DNA of 64,000 bases, from NCBI RefSeq assembly GCF_013315695.1, contig NZ_CP054353.1; one strand, 5' to 3'. Below are positions 23,241-40,994 of the stretch, one piece after another. The DNA comes from Escherichia coli (GTDB lineage: Bacteria > Pseudomonadota > Gammaproteobacteria > Enterobacterales > Enterobacteriaceae). The position numbers and the translations under genes are program-made. The notes below the pieces were generated by a model, which saw only the letters and a list, made by a program, of their open reading frames with translations, was not told where the DNA came from and searched no databases. The first letter of the stretch is position 1, and every line of letters starts with the position of its first letter.

Positions 23241-24104
23241 ATGATGAAAAATATTCTCGCTATCCAGTCTCACGTTGTTTATGGTCATGCGGGTAACAGT
23301 GCGGCAGAGTTTCCGATGCGCCGCCTGGGCGCGAACGTCTGGCCGCTGAACACCGTTCAATTTTCTAATCACACCCAATACGGCAAATGGACCGGCTGCG
23401 TGATGCCGCCCAGCCATTTAACCGAAATAGTGCAAGGCATTGCCGCCATTGATAAATTACACACCTGTGATGCCGTATTAAGTGGCTATCTGGGATCGGC
23501 GGAGCAGGGTGAACATATCCTCGGTATCGTCCGTCAGGTGAAAGCCGCGAATCCGCAGGCGAAATATTTTTGCGATCCGGTAATGGGTCATCCGGAAAAA
23601 GGCTGTATCGTTGCACCGGGTGTCGCAGAGTTTCATGTGCGTCACGGTTTGCCTGCCAGCGATATCATTGCGCCGAATCTGGTTGAGCTGGAGATACTCT
23701 GTGAGCATCCGGTAAATAACGTCGAAGAAGCGGTTCTGGCAGCGCGTGAACTCATTGCGCAAGGGCCACAAATTGTGTTGGTTAAACACCTGGCGCGGGC
23801 TGGCTACAGCCGTGACCGTTTTGAAATGCTGCTGGTTACCGCCGATGAAGCCTGGCATATCAGCCGTCCGCTGGTGGATTTTGGTATGCGCCAGCCGGTA
23901 GGTGTTGGTGATGTGACGAGCGGTTTACTGCTGGTGAAACTGCTTCAGGGGGCAACGCTGCAGGAGGCCCTGGAACATGTGACCGCTGCAGTATACGAAA
24001 TCATGGTGACCACCAAAGCAATGCAGGAATATGAGTTGCAAGTGGTTGCTGCTCAGGATCGTATTGCCAAACCAGAACATTATTTCAGCGCAACAAAGCT
24101 CTGA
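23241..24104 (+). CDS. pdxY: Pyridoxal kinase PdxY
   Basis: 287-aa [33 protein letters not shown]... Confidence 0.95.
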   Translation: MMKNILAIQSHVVYGHAGNSAAEFPMRRLGANVWPLNTVQFSNHTQYGKWTGCVMPPSHLTEIVQGIAAIDKLHTCDAVLSGYLGSAEQGEHILGIVRQVKAANPQAKYFCDPVMGHPEKGCIVAPGVAEFHVRHGLPASDIIAPNLVELEILCEHPVNNVEEAVLAARELIAQGPQIVLVKHLARAGYSRDRFEMLLVTADEAWHISRPLVDFGMRQPVGVGDVTSGLLLVKLLQGATLQEALEHVTAAVYEIMVTTKAMQEYELQVVAAQDRIAKPEHYFSATKL

Positions 24105-24116
24105 AATATCTCATTT

Positions 24117-24140
24117 CGGCCCACAACGACCTGTGGGCCG
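24117..24140. terminator. Bidirectional hairpin between convergent pdxY and gstA
   Basis: cggcccaca-acgacc-tgtgggccg. Confidence 0.55.
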
Positions 24141-24147
24141 ATGGCTA

Positions 24148-24753
24148 TTACTTTAAGCCTTCCGCTGACAGCGCGTCTTGTACTTCCGGACGTTCAGCCA
24201 TACGTTGCATAAATGCCGCAATGTGCTCTAACCCTTCCAGATTCAGTTTCACCGCGTATGCCCAGCGCAGAACCGTAAACAGATAGGCATCAGCAATTGT
24301 AAATCGTTGCCCGCAGATCCAGTGCTCATCCTTCAGAGCATCGTTCACATATTGCAGCTTCTTCTCCAGCTGCGCGCGAACTGTTGGTTTGTACTCTTCC
24401 GGTGTATCAGGGCGAAACAGAGGTGTGAAGCCTTTATGCAGCTCGGTGGCGATGTAATTCAGCCATTCGATGGTTTTATAGCGGGAAATACTGTTTACCG
24501 GTGCCAGCAACTGGCGGTCGGGGACGCTGTCGGCAAGATACTGCATAATTGCTACGCCTTCCGTCAGCAAAGTACCATCGTCCAGCTGCAATGCAGGCAC
24601 CTGTCCCTTAGGGTTAACGGCAAAGTAATCGTCACCGTTTTCGAGACGTTTTTTCATTAAATCCACACTGACGAGCGTAAAATCCTTTCCGCTCTCACGC
24701 AGGGTGATATGGGAAGCGAGAGAGCAGGCACCCGGTTTGTAGAACAATTTCAT
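24148..24753 (-). CDS. gstA: Glutathione S-transferase GstA
   Basis: 201-aa [30 protein letters not shown]... Confidence 0.95.
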   Translation of the reverse strand: MKLFYKPGACSLASHITLRESGKDFTLVSVDLMKKRLENGDDYFAVNPKGQVPALQLDDGTLLTEGVAIMQYLADSVPDRQLLAPVNSISRYKTIEWLNYIATELHKGFTPLFRPDTPEEYKPTVRAQLEKKLQYVNDALKDEHWICGQRFTIADAYLFTVLRWAYAVKLNLEGLEHIAAFMQRMAERPEVQDALSAEGLK

Positions 24754-24802
24754 CGGTAACTCCTTTTGTCTGTGGTTTAAAGTATGGTAGTGCGTTGCTG
24801 AA

Positions 24803-24837
24803 CAAAAAAAAAGCCGCTAACGAAAAGTTAGCGGCTT
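24803..24837 (-). terminator. Rho-independent terminator of dtpA
   Basis: aagccgctaac-gaaaa-gttagcggctt hairpin with A9 run on plus (U-run on minus) immediately downstream of the dtpA stop. Confidence 0.7.
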
Positions 24838-24858
24838 GTAAAAGAGTTTCCCTGAATT

Positions 24859-26361
24859 TTACGCTACAGCAGCTTTCGCCGCTTTGTCTGCAGCGTCATC
24901 CTGCGTCATGCGGTGCAGTTTCGGCGCGGTCAGCAGCATCAGTACTGCAATAACGGCAGTAGCGACACCAATCTGCAAGAATACGCGACCATAGACTTCC
25001 AGTGACATCAGCGGATCGGTAACGTTATCCGGCACAGCCATCATACCCGCAACATAACCACCAATCAGGTTTGCACCGGCAGTGGTCAGGAACCAGCTAC
25101 CCATAATGAAGCCCATCAGACGCTGCGGAACGAGTTGTGCGACCATTGCCAGACCCAGACCAGAGATCATCAGTTCCCCGATACTCTGCAGGCCATAGCT
25201 CGCGACCAGCCAGCTTACAGACACGATACCAGCGTCAGACGCGAATTTCGCACCCAGCGGCAGAATCAGGAACGCACCAGAACACATCACCATGCCGATT
25301 GCAAACTTGGTTGGCATCGGCAGGGTATCGCCCATCTTGTTATAAATAGCGGCCAGAATCGGACTACCGATGATGATCCAGAACGGGTTCAGTGCCTGAT
25401 ACTGCTCAGGTTCTACGGCCAGACCCAGAATGGAGTGCTCAACGTTACGAATCGCAAAGAAGTTCAGTGACGTTGGCATCTGGCTGTACAGCACGAAGAA
25501 GATAATGGCTTCGAGCATCAGGATGAAGGCAACGATCATTTTACGACGCGCAGCACCTTTCATCGCGAAGGCTTCTTTACCGAAGATAACCACAATACCG
25601 AAGGCAACAACGCCCAGCGCCATACGCGCAGCTTCCTGATTGTGCAGCAGCCAGGTGGCGATAGCGATCAGTGCCACAACACCAATAATGGTCAGCAGCA
25701 GGTTACGGTAGTTGATAGGCTCGAAGTCTGGTTTTGAACCGTACTGTTTAACCCAGCGTTGGCAGAAGGCGAAGTTAACGATAGTGATCAGCAGGCCTAC
25801 AACGCTCAACGCAAACGCAACACTCCAGCCGTATTTCGCGGCCAGCCACGGGGTGGCGATCATAGAGAAGAAAGAGCCGATGTTGACGGACATGTAGTAC
25901 ATGGTGAATGCACCGTCCAGACGCGGGTCGTTTTTCTCATAGCATGTAGAAAGCAGAGAAGACGGGTTAGCTTTAAACAGGCCGTTACCGACCGCAATAG
26001 CCGCCATACCCATATAAACGATACCGGCGTCGTGACCAGACCAGGCAACCAGAGCATAACCAATCGCCAGCACAATAGCGCCAAGCATAATTACGCGTTT
26101 AGTACCCAGTACCTTGTCACCTAACCAGCCGCCGATAGCGACCAGACCATAAACCAGGGCACTAAAGGAAGAGAAAAGGGTGATTGAATCCGCTTCAGAC
26201 ATACCCAGTTGTTTAACCAGGTAAACAGCCATAATTCCTTGTAGGCCGTAATAACCAAAACGTTCCCATAACTCAATCGAGAAGATGAGATAGAACGCCT
26301 TCGGTTGTTTGAAAGCGTTCAAACTGACGCTTTCAGTTGGTTTTTGGTTTGCAGTGGACAC
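24859..26361 (-). CDS. dtpA: Proton-dependent di/tripeptide permease DtpA (TppB)
   Basis: 500-aa ORF, POT-family sequence; OmpR-regulated promoter region lies 26362-26970. Confidence 0.95.
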   Translation of the reverse strand: MSTANQKPTESVSLNAFKQPKAFYLIFSIELWERFGYYGLQGIMAVYLVKQLGMSEADSITLFSSFSALVYGLVAIGGWLGDKVLGTKRVIMLGAIVLAIGYALVAWSGHDAGIVYMGMAAIAVGNGLFKANPSSLLSTCYEKNDPRLDGAFTMYYMSVNIGSFFSMIATPWLAAKYGWSVAFALSVVGLLITIVNFAFCQRWVKQYGSKPDFEPINYRNLLLTIIGVVALIAIATWLLHNQEAARMALGVVAFGIVVIFGKEAFAMKGAARRKMIVAFILMLEAIIFFVLYSQMPTSLNFFAIRNVEHSILGLAVEPEQYQALNPFWIIIGSPILAAIYNKMGDTLPMPTKFAIGMVMCSGAFLILPLGAKFASDAGIVSVSWLVASYGLQSIGELMISGLGLAMVAQLVPQRLMGFIMGSWFLTTAGANLIGGYVAGMMAVPDNVTDPLMSLEVYGRVFLQIGVATAVIAVLMLLTAPKLHRMTQDDAADKAAKAAVA

Positions 26362-26970
26362 TTTTACCTCTTTTTTTACATCCCATATTAACGGGGGTGC
26401 TTTCTCGCGTTATGCCTAAAAACATACGCGCAATTGTTATAGTGGGAGGGGAAACGGCAGGTAATGTTCACTATCTTGCACTTTCAGACAAGTCCTTTGT
26501 AATAATCTGTTACATATAACTGAGGCGGGGAATTCAACCATTCCGGGAAATGTTATCCAGCGTTAAATTTTTCAAAAAACGTAACGGCAGATTTTTTCAC
26601 TACCCTGAGAGGGGGATGATGGCTTAACGGCGATATGTTCTGCTATTTAGCGTTTTTCCTAGTGAGATAGTCCAGTTTCTGAAAAATAGCCAGTGTAATG
26701 TTTTGTAGGTCAATATTTGTTGCGTGTGTAAATTTAAATGATTTTAACCTAGTTCTTGCAATGTTTTTACATTGCCACAGCATCGTGATCTTGATCACGA
26801 ATGAATAGAAAATTTCGCTATTAAAAAAACAATTAACCTGCATTTTTGGTTATCCACAAACGGATTACCTGATGATAACGCTAAGCAATGGCATCATTGA
26901 CGTTAAAAAGATGTTTTAAAAGAGGATAAAGAAAGGTTATGAATGGGGTAATCGGTGTTACCCCTTTTCT

Positions 26971-27606
26971 TCAGATGTCAACTTTCTCTTTGTATTCACA
27001 AAGATCTTCAATAATACAAGAGCCACAGCGGGGCTTGCGGGCAATGCAGGTATATCGCCCGTGGAGGATCAACCAATGGTGGCAGTCGACTTTAAACTCT
27101 GCCGGAACCACTTTCAGTAGCTTTTCTTCTACCTGTTCGACGTTTTTCCCCGGCGCAAATTGAGTACGATTACAAACGCGGAAAATGTGCGTGTCGACAG
27201 CAATAGTCGGCCAGCCGAATGCAGTGTTTAATACGACGTTGGCTGTTTTACGACCTACACCAGGCAGGGCTTCAAGCGCAGCACGATCTTCCGGAACCTC
27301 GCCATTATGCTGTTCCAGTAAGATACGGCAGGTTTTGATGATATTTTCTGCTTTGCTGTTATAAAGCCCAATGGTTTTGATATAGGTTTTCACCCCTTCG
27401 ACGCCCAGTTCAAGCATCGCTGCAGGTGTATTAGCCACCGGGTAGAGTTTCGCCGTCGCCTTATTAACACTGACATCGGTCGCCTGAGCGGAAAGCAGTA
27501 CGGCAATCAGCAATTCAAAAGGCGAACTGAAATTAAGCTCGGTGGTGGGATGAGGATTGTTCTCACGCAGGCGAGTGAGGATCTCCAGGCGTTTTGCTTT
27601 GTTCAT
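26971..27606 (-). CDS. nth: Endonuclease III
   Basis: 211-aa ORF; HhH motif and C-terminal CxxxxxxCxxCxxxxxC 4Fe-4S cluster; last gene after rsxE. Confidence 0.95.
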   Translation of the reverse strand: MNKAKRLEILTRLRENNPHPTTELNFSSPFELLIAVLLSAQATDVSVNKATAKLYPVANTPAAMLELGVEGVKTYIKTIGLYNSKAENIIKTCRILLEQHNGEVPEDRAALEALPGVGRKTANVVLNTAFGWPTIAVDTHIFRVCNRTQFAPGKNVEQVEEKLLKVVPAEFKVDCHHWLILHGRYTCIARKPRCGSCIIEDLCEYKEKVDI

Positions 27607-28301
27607 CAGACATTCCCTGTTTCACCGTTTGGCAATGCACGTTCGGCAGCTGCTTCAGTACGGCGCTTTTTCATTCTTTCATCAATCAGGTATTTCCCTG
27701 CCAGCATCAGTCCCAGGCCAATAAATGCACCTGGTGGCAGCATCGCCAGCAGGAAAGGGGAGTCGGTGTGGAAAATTTCCACGAGTAATACTTTTGCCCA
27801 GCTACCTAACAGCGCATCTGCACCGTCAAACAACGTGCCATTGCCGATAATTTCGCGTAGTGAACCCAGCACGAACATGGCGCAGGTTGCGCCCATACCA
27901 ATTGAAAAGCCGTCCAGTGCCGAAAGCGCCGGACCTTTTTTGGCGGCGAAGGCTTCAGCGCGGCCCACAACGATACAGTTAGTGACAATCAGCGGAATAA
28001 AAATCCCTAATGATTGATACAGGCCAAAGGCGTAGGCGTTGATCAGCATCTGTACAGCGCTGACCACCGAGGCGATGATCATCACGTAAATGGGAATGCG
28101 GATCTCGGCTGGCGTCCAGTGACGCAGCGTCGAAATGGTCAAGTTGGTCAGCGTCAGTACCAGCGTAGTCGCAAGTCCTAAACCCAGAGCGTTAGTGGCA
28201 GTGGACGTGACCGCCAATAGCGGACAGAGGCCGAGCAGCTGGACCAGCGCAGAGTTGTTTTTCCACAACCCCTGAACAATAACGTCTTTAATTTCGCTCA
28301 C
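27606..28301 (-). CDS. rsxE: Rsx (Rnf-like) electron transport complex subunit E
   Basis: 231-aa membrane ORF; rsxABCDGE-nth order. Confidence 0.93.
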   Translation of the reverse strand: MSEIKDVIVQGLWKNNSALVQLLGLCPLLAVTSTATNALGLGLATTLVLTLTNLTISTLRHWTPAEIRIPIYVMIIASVVSAVQMLINAYAFGLYQSLGIFIPLIVTNCIVVGRAEAFAAKKGPALSALDGFSIGMGATCAMFVLGSLREIIGNGTLFDGADALLGSWAKVLLVEIFHTDSPFLLAMLPPGAFIGLGLMLAGKYLIDERMKKRRTEAAAERALPNGETGNV

Positions 28302-28304
28302 GCT

Positions 28305-28925
28305 TTATTCTCCACAGGCAGGAAGTTGAGAAAGTTGTGACGGTAACGTCTGAGCGTACAATCCGGCGCGTTTTACCGCATTAACCACCGCGCGGGGAGT
28401 AATCGTCGCGCCGGTGAACTGGTCGAAATCACCACCATCTTTCTTCACCGCCCAGTGCGCATCATCCGCACCACTGATTTTTTTACCCGCAAAATGGGTG
28501 ATCCAGTCAGAAAGGCGCAGTTCGATTTTATCGCCAAGCCCTGGCGTTTCGTGGTGCTCTGTCACGCGCGTGCCAAGTACCGTGCCGTTAAAATCGGCTC
28601 CCACCAGCAGCTGAATCGCACCGGAATAGCCATCTGGCGCGGTTGTTTCCAGAACGGCGGCTACCGGTTTGTCATCCTGTTTGGCGATGTAAACCCGATG
28701 CTCACCTTTACCTAACTCTGGCGCAGTGACCAGATAGCAACTCTGTGCCAGCGCATTGTTATAGCGTTCGGCTGGCAGCACCTGATCAAATAACGCCTTT
28801 TGTTGCAGACTGGCCTGTTCAGCAATCGTCGTTTTGGTCATCTGGTTGATGGCCGCAGTTAACCCTGTTGAACCCGCTGCAAATAGTGCCAGTGTAATGC
28901 CGTGTTTTCGGATAGTTTTCAGCAT
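28305..28925 (-). CDS. rsxG: Rsx complex subunit G
   Basis: 206-aa ORF. Confidence 0.92.
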   Translation of the reverse strand: MLKTIRKHGITLALFAAGSTGLTAAINQMTKTTIAEQASLQQKALFDQVLPAERYNNALAQSCYLVTAPELGKGEHRVYIAKQDDKPVAAVLETTAPDGYSGAIQLLVGADFNGTVLGTRVTEHHETPGLGDKIELRLSDWITHFAGKKISGADDAHWAVKKDGGDFDQFTGATITPRAVVNAVKRAGLYAQTLPSQLSQLPACGE

Positions 28926-28928
28926 GGT

Positions 28929-29987
28929 TTACCCTTTGCGATGGCCGTAGACGCGCGGACGCGTGTAGTAATCGATCAGAGGAACCGTGATGTTCGCCAG
29001 CAGGACGGCAAAAGCCACGCCGTCAGGATAGCCGCCGAAACTGCGGATCAACCAGACTAATAAGCCCGCCAGCGCGCCGAAAATAAGACGACCACGATTG
29101 GTCGTAGAAGCGGTAACCGGGTCAGTCAAAATAAAGAATGCGCCGAGCATGGTCGCTCCAGACAGCAGATGAATTTGCGGTGCTGCCAGTGTTTCTGGTG
29201 AGAACAACCAGCCCAACGTTGCGCATAACGCCAGCGTTACTAAGAAGCTGAGGGGAATATGCCAGCGAATCGCTTTCTGCCACAGCAACCATACGCCGCC
29301 AGCCAGCCAGGCGAGATTTACCCATTGCCAACCAACGCCCGCCAGCATACCGCTGTAGATCGGATATTGCATAATCTGTTCAACCGAATGACCGGCACGG
29401 ACAGAGGTTTTAAATGTATCCAGCGGTGTCGCCTGACTAATGCCATCAATACCTAAGCGTAGCGTGTTCATATCACCACCACTGGTGATATGTCCGCTGA
29501 AAATAACCTGTATGGCGTCGATAAAACCAGGGATGTTGACCGCAATTTCATGTGGCGGTAACCAGCTGGTCATCTGCACCGGGAAGGAGATCAGTAAGAC
29601 CACATAACCAATCATTGCCGGATTAAACGGGTTTTGCCCCAGACCGCCATACAATTGTTTAGCGATGATCACCGCAAACACCGTACCTAGCACGACCATC
29701 CACCATGGCGCGAGGGGGGGAATACTTACCGCCAGCAATAAGCCTGTCAGAAATGCTGAGTTATCTTTCAACGTTGCGGCTACCGACTGCTTGCGTAGTT
29801 TGAGTACGAGAGCTTCGGCTAACAGAGCACTGACCGACGCCAACAGGATCTGAACGAGAGTACCCCAACCAAAAAACCACAGTTGCGCTGCGATTCCTGG
29901 CACGGCTGCGAGCAACACCAACAGCATAATGCGCGATGTCTGGCGCTGGTTATGGGTATAAGGGGAGCTAGCTATTCTGAATACCAT
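28929..29987 (-). CDS. rsxD: Rsx complex subunit D
   Basis: 352-aa polytopic membrane ORF. Confidence 0.93.
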   Translation of the reverse strand: MVFRIASSPYTHNQRQTSRIMLLVLLAAVPGIAAQLWFFGWGTLVQILLASVSALLAEALVLKLRKQSVAATLKDNSAFLTGLLLAVSIPPLAPWWMVVLGTVFAVIIAKQLYGGLGQNPFNPAMIGYVVLLISFPVQMTSWLPPHEIAVNIPGFIDAIQVIFSGHITSGGDMNTLRLGIDGISQATPLDTFKTSVRAGHSVEQIMQYPIYSGMLAGVGWQWVNLAWLAGGVWLLWQKAIRWHIPLSFLVTLALCATLGWLFSPETLAAPQIHLLSGATMLGAFFILTDPVTASTTNRGRLIFGALAGLLVWLIRSFGGYPDGVAFAVLLANITVPLIDYYTRPRVYGHRKG

Positions 29988-32684
<2,697 letters not shown>

Positions 32685-32685
<1 letters not shown>

Positions 32686-33266
32686 TACAACTTCACCAAA
32701 CCACTAAAGCCCATAAAGGCCAGAGACATAAGACCTGCGGTAATTAACGCAATGGCATTACCGCGAAAAGGTGCCGGGACATCAGCCACAGCAAGGCGTT
32801 CGCGGATGGCGGCGAAGAGCACCATCACCAGCGAGAAACCGACTGCGGCGGAAAAACCGTACAGCGCTGACTGCAAGAAATTGTGCCCGAGATTGATATT
32901 CAGCAACGCCACGCCGAGCACGGCACAGTTGGTGGTGATAAGCGGCAAAAAAATCCCCAGCAGACGGTAAAGTACCGGGCTGGTTTTGCGCACCACCATC
33001 TCGGTGAACTGCACAACCACAGCAATCACCAGAATAAACGCCAGGGTGCGCAGGTAAATCAGATTAAGCGGGATCAAAATCCACGTATCGATAAGCCAGG
33101 CGCAAATAGACGCCAGCGTCATCACAAACGTTGTAGCCAGCCCCATGCCCATCGCGGTTTCCAGCTTTTTGGAAACCCCCATAAACGGACAGAGACCGAG
33201 AAACTTGACCAGTACAAAGTTATTGACCAGTACAGTTCCGACAAACAGTAACAGGTAGTCAGTCAT
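32685..33266 (-). CDS. rsxA: Rsx complex subunit A
   Basis: 193-aa membrane ORF. Confidence 0.93.
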
Positions 33267-33342
33267 TTTTCGGCCTGAAATAAAAAAGCCGCCTATTATC
33301 CGTTAATCCAGAGCAGGCGACAACAGGTTAACTGTAAGGTTA

Positions 33343-33783
33343 TTACGGATTCACAAACGTCGCTTTCACCCGCGACGAGCGTTTAAAATAGGGGACGATC
33401 AATGCGGTTGCCAACAAAGTAAACAGCAACTGGCGAACGGCTATGCCATCTTCTACGGGTGAAAAAGCGAACGCTTTTACTGCCAGCAATACGGAAATAA
33501 GCAGCCAGATAATATAGTGTTTAGGAACACAACGCCGACGTTTAAAGAAAGCGATGGTCAACCACAGTGTGTAATACCACATGGCGATAGCGGTAATAAA
33601 AGAAACGCCCCATAAGATTTGTGTCGTCAGTGCTTGTCCGCCGAGCGTTTGAAATGTTTGCGGAGAAGATAACGCAGCGGTATACAGCAACAACGCCAGC
33701 GTCGTACTTAACAGAGCGACTAAAAGCCAGGCCAATGGGCCAAGCAACCAGCCTCCAATACGTTGTGGCGTTGTGGTGGTCAT
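33343..33783 (-). CDS. ydgK: Inner membrane protein YdgK
   Basis: Start chosen at MTTTTPQRIGGWLLG (ATG 33781-33783); ORF track extends 8 codons further. Confidence 0.8.
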   Translation of the reverse strand: MTTTTPQRIGGWLLGPLAWLLVALLSTTLALLLYTAALSSPQTFQTLGGQALTTQILWGVSFITAIAMWYYTLWLTIAFFKRRRCVPKHYIIWLLISVLLAVKAFAFSPVEDGIAVRQLLFTLLATALIVPYFKRSSRVKATFVNP

Positions 33784-33868
33784 AGGTTCTCCAGAATAGC
33801 GGCGCAAACAGGCAAATCTAATTTTAGGGGCGTTATTATAAGGCTTTTATAACCGATCGCTACTTTCT

Positions 33869-34084
33869 TTATTGGACATAGTGCCAGACGGACTTCGGTA
33901 CCTGGCCGAGGTCAAACAAACGCCCGCCAGAAACCAGCTCTGCGCGACGGTGATCGGCAGCACGATACATATTGATCAGTTCCTGATCATCCGTCAGAGT
34001 GTAATTAAGATGGTCGTAGAGTTTTTCCAGACTTTCGAGTGAACTGATTTTGCGAAATTTTAATAAGTAGTCCTGAACAGTCAT
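33869..34084 (-). CDS. cnu: Hha-family nucleoid-associated protein Cnu (YdgT)
   Basis: 71-aa [53 protein letters not shown]... Confidence 0.92.
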
Positions 34085-34356
34085 AAAAGGTCCATAAAAT
34101 AATTAATACCAAAGGAGTAGGTATTATTAGTGATGATAAAATTTCACCAAAAGTGAACGCGTGTGTTATTACAATAATAAGAATGCGCTGATGGCAAATA
34201 TTCAGAGATGAAAAACTGCTCTGAAAAGAGTAACGCGCTTTACTATCCCTGACAATCACCAACAACATCGAACAAGATAATAAATTCCTGGTTTAATATC
34301 CGACAAGTGAAAACATGCACCCGGACGGGCAGCATGTCGCTCTACAAGCGCAGAGC

Positions 34357-34482
34357 TTACTTGTGTTGAACCGTAGTACTCTGTTCAGGTGGCTGATAGT
34401 TGTCAATGTGACTCGCCACGCCAAGAAGAATGACTGAAACGACAAGAACGATCCAACCTGTTAATTCAATAAGACGATTCAT
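34357..34482 (-). CDS. blr: Small membrane protein Blr (41 aa)
   Basis: Internal start MNRLIELTGWIVLVVSVILLGVASHIDNYQPPEQSTTVQHK within ORF 34357..34557; matches remembered Blr. Confidence 0.7.
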   Translation of the reverse strand: MNRLIELTGWIVLVVSVILLGVASHIDNYQPPEQSTTVQHK

Positions 34483-34724
34483 TACAGCCCACATCTCTGT
34501 TGATTGATCCATTAACTTCAGGGGGTAAATGTTACTTAGCAATAATAGCTCCAGCAAGATTTTTACTGAGGTTTTTGCGATATTTAGCTTTTGTCGTTGG
34601 AAAATTCGCTATTTTTTTGACTTAAGTTAAACAACATCCCTTATTGCTGGCAGGTTATTAAACTGTTGAGCGAGGGTAAAGGATAGTGTCAAATAGCCAT
34701 TATACTTCAATGAGAGGCAATGAC

Positions 34725-35765
34725 ATGAGCGACAACATCCGTGTTGGGTTGATTGGGTATGGTTATGCGAGCAAAACCTTCCATGCGCCACTGATTGCGG
34801 GCACGCCCGGGCTGGAACTGGCGGTAATCTCCAGCAGTGATGAAACAAAAGTAAAAGCCGACTGGCCAACGGTTACGGTTGTCTCTGAGCCGAAGCATCT
34901 GTTTAACGATCCCAACATAGACCTGATTGTCATTCCTACACCCAACGATACCCATTTCCCGTTAGCCAAAGCGGCGCTTGAGGCGGGTAAACATGTGGTC
35001 GTTGATAAACCCTTTACCGTGACACTGTCACAAGCGCGCGAGCTGGAAGCGCTGGCAAAAAGCCTGGGGCGTGTGCTGTCTGTATTCCATAACCGTCGCT
35101 GGGATAGCGATTTCCTGACGCTAAAAGGTTTGCTCGCGGAAGGCGTACTGGGTGAAGTTGCTTACTTTGAGTCTCATTTTGACCGCTTCCGTCCGCAGGT
35201 GCGCGATCGTTGGCGTGAACAGGGCGGTCCTGGCAGCGGTATCTGGTACGATTTAGCACCGCATCTTCTTGATCAGGCCATTACGCTATTTGGTTTACCG
35301 GTCAGCATGACGGTTGATTTGGCACAGTTACGGCCCGGAGCGCAGTCGACTGATTATTTCCACGCCATCTTGTCCTATCCGCAGCGGCGAGTCATTTTAC
35401 ACGGCACCATGCTGGCAGCCGCTGAGTCAGCACGTTATATCGTGCATGGATCCCGAGGCAGTTATGTGAAATATGGCCTCGATCCACAGGAAGAACGTCT
35501 GAAAAATGGCGAGCGTCTGCCGCAGGAAGACTGGGGCTACGATATGCGTGATGGCGTACTTACCCGCGTGGAAGGTGAGGAACGTGTCGAAGAAACGCTG
35601 TTGACGGTGCCGGGGAATTATCCGGCTTACTATGCGGCTATTCGTGATGCGTTAAATGGCGATGGTGAAAATCCGGTTCCGGCAAGTCAGGCAATCCAGG
35701 TAATGGAGTTGATTGAGCTGGGCATCGAATCCGCCAAACATCGCGCGACGCTGTGCCTTGCGTGA
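34725..35765 (+). CDS. ydgJ: Gfo/Idh/MocA-family oxidoreductase YdgJ
   Basis: Start at MSDNIRVGLIGYGYASKTFHAP (Rossmann GxGxxG-like); 346 aa. Confidence 0.88.
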   Translation: MSDNIRVGLIGYGYASKTFHAPLIAGTPGLELAVISSSDETKVKADWPTVTVVSEPKHLFNDPNIDLIVIPTPNDTHFPLAKAALEAGKHVVVDKPFTVTLSQARELEALAKSLGRVLSVFHNRRWDSDFLTLKGLLAEGVLGEVAYFESHFDRFRPQVRDRWREQGGPGSGIWYDLAPHLLDQAITLFGLPVSMTVDLAQLRPGAQSTDYFHAILSYPQRRVILHGTMLAAAESARYIVHGSRGSYVKYGLDPQEERLKNGERLPQEDWGYDMRDGVLTRVEGEERVEETLLTVPGNYPAYYAAIRDALNGDGENPVPASQAIQVMELIELGIESAKHRATLCLA

Positions 35766-35769
35766 AAAG

Positions 35770-35799
35770 AGGATGGTGCAATTAGCACCATCCATTTTT
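35770..35799 (+). terminator. Rho-independent terminator after ydgJ
   Basis: ggatggtgc-aatta-gcaccatcc followed by atttttg. Confidence 0.65.
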
Positions 35800-35800
35800 G

Positions 35801-36802
35801 TTACTTCGCGGCTACTTTTTCTCGCAGTGCGCGTTTTTCCTCTGCGCTGAGGAAAGCCATTTCCAGACCATTAATCTGCGCCTGGCGGATTTGCTCGCGG
35901 GATAACCCAGCAGCCGGCGCGGCAACGGTATATTCGTGAATGATATCCACTCCCTGTACGCCGGGATCGTCAGTGTTAATGCTGGCACGAATGCCATGCT
36001 CAAGGAACGTTTTCAGCGGATGTGCCGCCAGCTCTGCCACGGTGCTGGTCTGAATATTGGAGGTCAGACAGGATTCAATACCAATTTGCTGCTCGGCGAG
36101 AAAATCCATCAGCGCCCGATCTTCAATGGCTTTTACGCCATGTCCAATACGTTCCGCCCCCAGTTCACGAATCGCCTGCCAGATGCTTTCCGGCCCGGCA
36201 GCTTCGCCTGCATGGACGGTAATATGCCAGCCCGCATCACGCGCGCGGTTGAACTGAGAAAGGAACAGACTTCCCGGGAAACCAAGTTCATCACCGGCTA
36301 AATCAAGTGCGGTAATCTGGTCACGGTGGGCTAAAAAGGCCTCCAGCTCTTGCTGACAGGCGGCTTCACCGAAGGTCCGGCTCATAATGCCGATAAGCTT
36401 CGCCTGCACACCAAAGGTGCGGCAACCTTCACGTACGCCATCGATCACCGCTTCGACAACACCCGCTACAGGCAGCTGATGTGCCATTGCCATGTAGCCC
36501 GGTGAAAAACGCAGCTCGACATAGTGCAGGCCGTTACGGGCTGCATCTTCAATGTTTTCAAATGCCACGCGGCGGCAAGCATCAAGAGAGGCGAGAACTT
36601 TAACGCCCCAGTCAAGTTTAGTCAGAAAGCTCACCAGATCGGGTTCGTTGGCAATGACCTGAACGTGGGGAATCAGTGTTTCCAGGGATTGTGCAGGAAG
36701 CGAGATATTATACTGGCGGCCAAGTTCAAGAATGGTCTGGGGACGAATGTTGCCATCAAGGTGGCGATGGATATCAGTTAATGGCAGGGTGGTATCAATC
36801 AT
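35801..36802 (-). CDS. add: Adenosine deaminase
   Basis: 333-aa [31 protein letters not shown]... Confidence 0.95.
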   Translation of the reverse strand: MIDTTLPLTDIHRHLDGNIRPQTILELGRQYNISLPAQSLETLIPHVQVIANEPDLVSFLTKLDWGVKVLASLDACRRVAFENIEDAARNGLHYVELRFSPGYMAMAHQLPVAGVVEAVIDGVREGCRTFGVQAKLIGIMSRTFGEAACQQELEAFLAHRDQITALDLAGDELGFPGSLFLSQFNRARDAGWHITVHAGEAAGPESIWQAIRELGAERIGHGVKAIEDRALMDFLAEQQIGIESCLTSNIQTSTVAELAAHPLKTFLEHGIRASINTDDPGVQGVDIIHEYTVAAPAAGLSREQIRQAQINGLEMAFLSAEEKRALREKVAAK

Positions 36803-36854
36803 GGTCGCACTCTTTTTCTGGATATAAAAGTGCGCACCATTATAAAAACAAAGC

Positions 36855-36900
36855 AGGGTAAAAATCCACGATTGCGCAACGATTTTTTACGTTGCGCAAT
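36855..36900 (-). terminator. Rho-independent terminator of malY
   Basis: attgcgcaacg-atttttta-cgttgcgcaat, 11-bp perfect stem, directly after the malY stop, followed on the minus strand by a T-run. Confidence 0.6.
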
Positions 36901-36905
36901 TGGGG

Positions 36906-38078
36906 TTAACGAACAGCGCGGATGGCGTTAATTAATCCAGCCACACCTTTTTCCAGTTTCGAACGCGGGCACCCGGCATTGAGTCGGACAAAACCACGAC
37001 CTTCTTCACCGTAGGTATATCCCGGCATGATCGCGACCTTCTCTTGCTCGATAAGCGCTTTTTGCAACGCGTTGTCGTCAATATTCAACGGACGTAGATC
37101 AATCCAGGCCAGATAAGTGGATTGCGGGATCTGCCAGTTGAGTTCAGGGAACGCGGCGTTCATTTTATCTGCGATATATGTCAGGTTATCTTTCAGATAG
37201 ACGCGTAAGGCATCCAGCCACGGCGCGCCTTGCTGATAGGCGGCGATATGGGCAGTTAACGCCAGTACTGAAGGGGAAGAAAGGCCATCACGTCCTTTCA
37301 GTGTCGATAAATAGGCATCACGGCTGCTGCTATTTTCTATAATCCCGTAAGCACCGGTCAGGGCGGGAATATTGAAACTTTTCGATCCCGACGTTAGCAA
37401 TGCCCAGTCTCCGCGCGCCACATTACTCCAGGGAATATGCGGCTGCTCGCCCCAAACCATATCCATATGGATTTCATCGGAAATAACCCGCACACCATGA
37501 CGCTCGCACAGGTCAGCCATGATCTCCAGTTCATCGCACGTCCACACTTTCCCGGTAGGATTCTGTGGGCTACACAGGAGCATAATTTTACATTCTGGTT
37601 TCGCCAGCACGGCTTCCAGCTTGCCCATATCGCAAAACCAGCCGTCAGCCTGCTTCTCTAAAGCAACGGGCATTACTGTGCGCTGGTTACCTTCAATGGC
37701 CTTGTAAAATGCGTCATAGGCGGGTGTGTGGATCACCACGCCTTCACCTGTTTCAGACCACTGACGAATCAGTTCTGAAACCATATAGATAACAGAAGGG
37801 CCATACACCACCGACTGAGGATCGATGGCGGTGTAATGCTGGGTGGAAAACCAGTGGGCAATAGCCGCGAGAAACTCATCGTTTTTCCAGCGGCTGTAGC
37901 CAAACACGCCGTGCATCAGACGCTGATTCAGCGCCTCGATAATGCAGGGGGCAGTGGCAAAATCCATGTCTGAAATCGTGAACGGTAACAGGTCAGCAGT
38001 GCCGAAACGGTCGGCGACATAATCCCACTGCGTACACCATGTGCCATGACGATCCACGACCTTTGAAAAATCGAACAT
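36906..38078 (-). CDS. malY: PLP-dependent cystathionine beta-lyase / MalT-inhibitor MalY
   Basis: 390-aa ORF, aminotransferase class I/II fold; downstream of malX. Confidence 0.95.
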   Translation of the reverse strand: MFDFSKVVDRHGTWCTQWDYVADRFGTADLLPFTISDMDFATAPCIIEALNQRLMHGVFGYSRWKNDEFLAAIAHWFSTQHYTAIDPQSVVYGPSVIYMVSELIRQWSETGEGVVIHTPAYDAFYKAIEGNQRTVMPVALEKQADGWFCDMGKLEAVLAKPECKIMLLCSPQNPTGKVWTCDELEIMADLCERHGVRVISDEIHMDMVWGEQPHIPWSNVARGDWALLTSGSKSFNIPALTGAYGIIENSSSRDAYLSTLKGRDGLSSPSVLALTAHIAAYQQGAPWLDALRVYLKDNLTYIADKMNAAFPELNWQIPQSTYLAWIDLRPLNIDDNALQKALIEQEKVAIMPGYTYGEEGRGFVRLNAGCPRSKLEKGVAGLINAIRAVR

Positions 38079-38087
38079 ATCTTATCC

Positions 38088-40883
<2,796 letters not shown>

Positions 40884-40994
40884 TCCTCTCTTTATCTGCT
40901 ATACCTGGTAGTGTCCTTTCCTCAAGGTTAATGATAAAAAATGTGGCACACAGGCGGTGCCTTTTATTTTTACTGAAGTTCACAGGAGGTTTAT

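Noticed and set aside
26362-26970. 600-bp AT-rich nth-dtpA spacer as a possible sRNA or small-protein locus
   Set aside because: Contains only AT-rich chance ORFs without SD; best explained as the large OmpR-regulated dtpA promoter region plus the nth terminator hairpin (26944..26963).
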